NCBI GenBank assembly: GCA_038046005.1
Contig: JBBSXB010000002.1
Coordinates: forward strand, 1 to 17,899
Reading direction: 5' to 3'
Source: Nanobdellota archaeon
GTDB taxonomy: Archaea > Nanobdellota > Nanobdellia > Pacearchaeales > GW2011-AR1
DNA length: 17,899 nt
Within the stretch, counting starts at the first letter, position 1. Every line of letters begins with the position of its first letter. Under the pieces are notes generated by a model. The model was not told the DNA's origin. It did no database searches and worked only from the letters and a program-made list of their open reading frames with translations. Positions 15,581-17,899 of the stretch are shown one piece after another. The translations under genes were made by a program, and so were the position numbers.

Positions 15581-15781
15581 TTAAGCTACTCTTTTTATCC
15601 TGCCTGATTTTGCGTCTTCAACGCCTTTCTTAAACTGGCTTATCAAACTTAAGTTAGTTTTCATAGAAGCGGAATCTATTTTGTTTTTAACAACTTCGTG
15701 CGAAATAAACTTATTACTCCTTGCTCTCTCTTTTAATTCTTTTTTGACACTTTCTTTTAATTCAATTTTTTCTTGTTTCAT
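15581..15781 (-). CDS. Small antitoxin-like hypothetical protein
   Basis: Highly charged 66-aa protein. SD-like GGAG not evident on this strand. Segments resemble archaeal antitoxin tails. Confidence 0.5.
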   Translation of the reverse strand: MKQEKIELKESVKKELKERARSNKFISHEVVKNKIDSASMKTNLSLISQFKKGVEDAKSGRIKRVA

Positions 15782-15800
15782 GTTAAAGGAGTTTGCTTTT

Positions 15801-16325
15801 TTATTTTTGCATTAGTATCAATTCAACTTTATTTATGAAATCATAAGCATCTTTTTTAATTTTTTCAGCTATGTTCTTTGTAGTCTCTTTTGTTATACTA
15901 TACTGGGCAATTTCCCTTTTGTGTCTTGCATCTGAAAGTTTCTCCACTTCTTCTTTTTGAAATTGCGCATTTCTTATTAATGACAAATCAGTTTCATTCA
16001 AATGTTTCTTTTTAACAAAATACTCTTCAAGAATGATAAGAGTTGCTGTGTGGTTTTTGCTCCTAAAACCTATTTTTGCCAGTAAAGCCAAAGACGCAGA
16101 GTACATTGCATAGTATCCAGCAATAACAACCCATTCATTAGGATCATAATCTTTTGGAAGTTTCAGCATTTTCTTTAGCTCCTGGCTATCGCCAATTTTG
16201 TAAATTGCTTGCATAGTAAGAAGATTTCTCTTGGATTTTTCTAGATATTTCTGTGCTAAAGGCACTATATTTTTATCTACAACTACTTGTCCTTTAGCCA
16301 AATAAAATTTTATTTTGTCTTTCAT
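15801..16325 (-). CDS. HEPN domain protein
   Basis: YL.KS..NL, W.....YYAMY....ALL...G..SKNH.AT and R-X4-Y (REIAQY) motifs. Confidence 0.9.
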   Translation of the reverse strand: MKDKIKFYLAKGQVVVDKNIVPLAQKYLEKSKRNLLTMQAIYKIGDSQELKKMLKLPKDYDPNEWVVIAGYYAMYSASLALLAKIGFRSKNHTATLIILEEYFVKKKHLNETDLSLIRNAQFQKEEVEKLSDARHKREIAQYSITKETTKNIAEKIKKDAYDFINKVELILMQK

Positions 16326-16906
16326 TTTAAGTATGCTTCAGAGTAAAACAATTCATATCCTTTAAAAATTATACCAAATTTAACCAAATCATTCCAAAAT
16401 ACATCATTTTCTTTCTTTATTTTCTTAAATTCTGATTTGGGTAAAACAACAGGATTAAACTCCAAATTAGTCAAAGAACTTAAGCTTCTCAGTTCTTGCT
16501 CATCATCTTTTTTATTTAAGCTTACACAAATGATGTCCACATCACTTTCCTTTGTGGGGTTTCCTTTTGCATAACTGCCAAAAATTGCCAAAAAATCCAT
16601 GTTTTCTTTATCTATCTTTGACAAAGCATTAAAAATTGTTTTATATTTATTAGAGAGTTCTTTTAATCTGTCCTTTGCGTAAAAAAAGAATGCAATTTTT
16701 GCTTCTTCTTTTTCAAAATTTAATGAGTAAACAAGTGTCTTACCAAATTTCATGGAAGAAATTATTTTTTCTCTTTCCAACTCTCTAATGTTCCTGTAGA
16801 CTGGCTCGTAACTCAAGCTGGTTCTTTCCATGACTTTCTTTAAGGTTATTTCTTTCCCTTCAGGAAAAAAGCTGCTCAATATTTTCAATTCAGTTTCTTT
16901 CAGCAT
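16322..16906 (-). CDS. HTH-MNT minimal nucleotidyltransferase (antitoxin of an MNT-HEPN pair)
   Basis: FGSYAKG.....SDVDI motif and an N-terminal winged HTH. ATGA overlap with the HEPN gene. Confidence 0.92.
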   Translation of the reverse strand: MLKETELKILSSFFPEGKEITLKKVMERTSLSYEPVYRNIRELEREKIISSMKFGKTLVYSLNFEKEEAKIAFFFYAKDRLKELSNKYKTIFNALSKIDKENMDFLAIFGSYAKGNPTKESDVDIICVSLNKKDDEQELRSLSSLTNLEFNPVVLPKSEFKKIKKENDVFWNDLVKFGIIFKGYELFYSEAYLK

Positions 16907-16923
16907 TTTAATAGTATTTTATC

Positions 16924-16959
16924 TATTGTTTAAACAATAATATTATTGGATTACCAATA
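16924..16959. promoter_or_regulatory. Tandem palindromic operators TATTG-N6-CAATA x2
   Basis: TATTGTTTAAACAATA (16924-16939) and TATTGGATTACCAATA (16944-16959), between a minus-strand TATA (16958-16965) and the MNT start. Confidence 0.7.
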
Positions 16960-16982
16960 TTTAAATGTTTTGTTCTAAGAAA

Positions 16983-17354
16983 TTATATTCTACCATTAAA
17001 CTCCCAGAAATTTAAATTTCCTTTAGCAGGAATTGGTTTTTCAAGTCTTTTTGGGCTTTCAAGAATAAAACCAAAGTCCCCCCAGAAACTGGATGCCAAG
17101 TGTTTGTCATTATCTGCTTTATGCTCTAATTCATTTTTATAGTGCTTGACACCAACTAAATTTACTTTGCCAACTATTGCTCCACAGGGCAAATCAGCAA
17201 AATTAAATTCTTTCATGACTTTCTCGTCTGGTGTTTTTGAGGCATGAATCAAGAATTCTCCCCTGAAATTAGTGTTCCACTTTCTAAGCTCAATTTTCTT
17301 CTTTCCTTCTAAGATAAGCTCGGCAAAAGGCTGTTTTATTGAAAGTGCTTTCAT
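16983..17354 (-). CDS. ASCH domain protein
   Basis: ALSIKQPFA.LI..GKK.IE.R.W....RG..LIHAS and KG.L.FW motifs. Confidence 0.92.
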   Translation of the reverse strand: MKALSIKQPFAELILEGKKKIELRKWNTNFRGEFLIHASKTPDEKVMKEFNFADLPCGAIVGKVNLVGVKHYKNELEHKADNDKHLASSFWGDFGFILESPKRLEKPIPAKGNLNFWEFNGRI

Positions 17355-17402
17355 GTTTTTCTGAAAGAAATAGGGTTTATAGGGGTTTTGGGATAAGAAA
17401 TT

Positions 17403-17819
17403 TTATGCTAGTCTGGCTAAATTTTCAAGATCAGACATTAATGCTCTTATATCTTTAACCTTAACAGTTCTTTCTTGGGGAATATTCCCGAAAATGTCAT
17501 TCATGAAATCTGATTCATCAAATCTGTTGTAGCCATCAATAAGATCAATGGATTTTACGATGATCCTATAATATGATAGAGAGGGATTTATTTTGATATT
17601 GAGAGGATTTCCAACTCCTTGTATCCAATATTCACAACCAATCGCTGTTGTCCCATGCTCTGAGTTGGCTCGTCTTATGACTATAGATTTCTGAGTGTCG
17701 AAAAAATATGTGTGGCCAAACATTCCATTAAAACTTGATGGACTAACTATATTGTGTTCTTCAAAAAAGCCAAGTGTTTCCTTAGCTGTTTTGCCAATGT
17801 CTGCTTTTCTAAGTTTCAT
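17403..17819 (-). CDS. Hypothetical protein (138 aa)
   Basis: ATG at 17819 with a TATA about 22 nt upstream. The longer 17879 start reads through the palindrome. Confidence 0.6.
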   Translation of the reverse strand: MKLRKADIGKTAKETLGFFEEHNIVSPSSFNGMFGHTYFFDTQKSIVIRRANSEHGTTAIGCEYWIQGVGNPLNIKINPSLSYYRIIVKSIDLIDGYNRFDESDFMNDIFGNIPQERTVKVKDIRALMSDLENLARLA

Positions 17820-17856
17820 GAAACAGAATAATGTAGGGGGTTTAAAAAGTGAACCT

Positions 17857-17879
17857 CTCCGTAGCAAGCTACGGAGCAT
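17857..17879. repeat. REP/PATE-like palindrome, copy 2 (CTCCGTAGC-AA-GCTACGGAG-CAT)
   Basis: Perfect 9-bp arms at 17857-17865 and 17868-17876. Same AGCAAGCT core and orientation as copy 1. Confidence 0.8.
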
Positions 17880-17899
17880 CTAGATAAACTCGAATAATT

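Noticed and set aside
23-17879. Whole window as a single mobile element bounded by the palindromes
   Set aside because: It contains essential core genes (RNAP, ribosomal proteins, HisRS, tRNAs) and no transposase or integrase. Dispersed repeats are the simpler explanation.
434-17883. Shadow ORFs in the track (e.g. 434-634, 631-897, 930-1148, 2581-2778, 3208-3549, 3730-3945, 4235-4492, 5143-5592, 8677-8943, 9657-9878, 9662-9856, 10256-10561, 10899-11159, 10927-11202, 11612-12106, 12732-13013, 14437-14625, 15199-15461, 17695-17883)
   Set aside because: They are antisense or off-frame overlaps of well-supported genes or a tRNA, with implausible composition and no motifs.

Overview
Low-GC archaeal chromosomal segment, most likely from a reduced DPANN genome (Pacearchaeota/Woesearchaeota-like; inferred from gene content). 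Core genes are hisS, a dph6-like ligase, scpA, the PIN-rpoE-spt4-rps24e-rps27ae cluster, tRNA-Ala(GGC) and an intron-containing tRNA-Trp(CCA). Accessory genes include an LMW phosphatase, GNAT, HD hydrolase, DUF5680-like, DoxX, an FAD oxidoreductase, an HTH-HNH nuclease, a metallophosphoesterase, an MNT-HEPN pair, ASCH and several orphan ORFs. Many genes appear leaderless, with a TATA box about 22-30 nt upstream of the ATG. The main unexplained signals are: (1) three intergenic clusters of G-U-containing hairpins with one-sided 5' bulges behind TATA boxes (326-515, 5903-5980, 6383-6564), which are candidate ncRNAs or leaders; (2) two covarying GCAAGC-centred palindromes at the two ends of the window; (3) an HNH gene whose stop codon lies inside tRNA-Trp; (4) a G6 homopolymer frameshift separating a surface protein from its membrane anchor; (5) a Cys/His orphan gene inserted between rpoE and spt4. 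All family calls come from motif recognition by eye; no searches were run.
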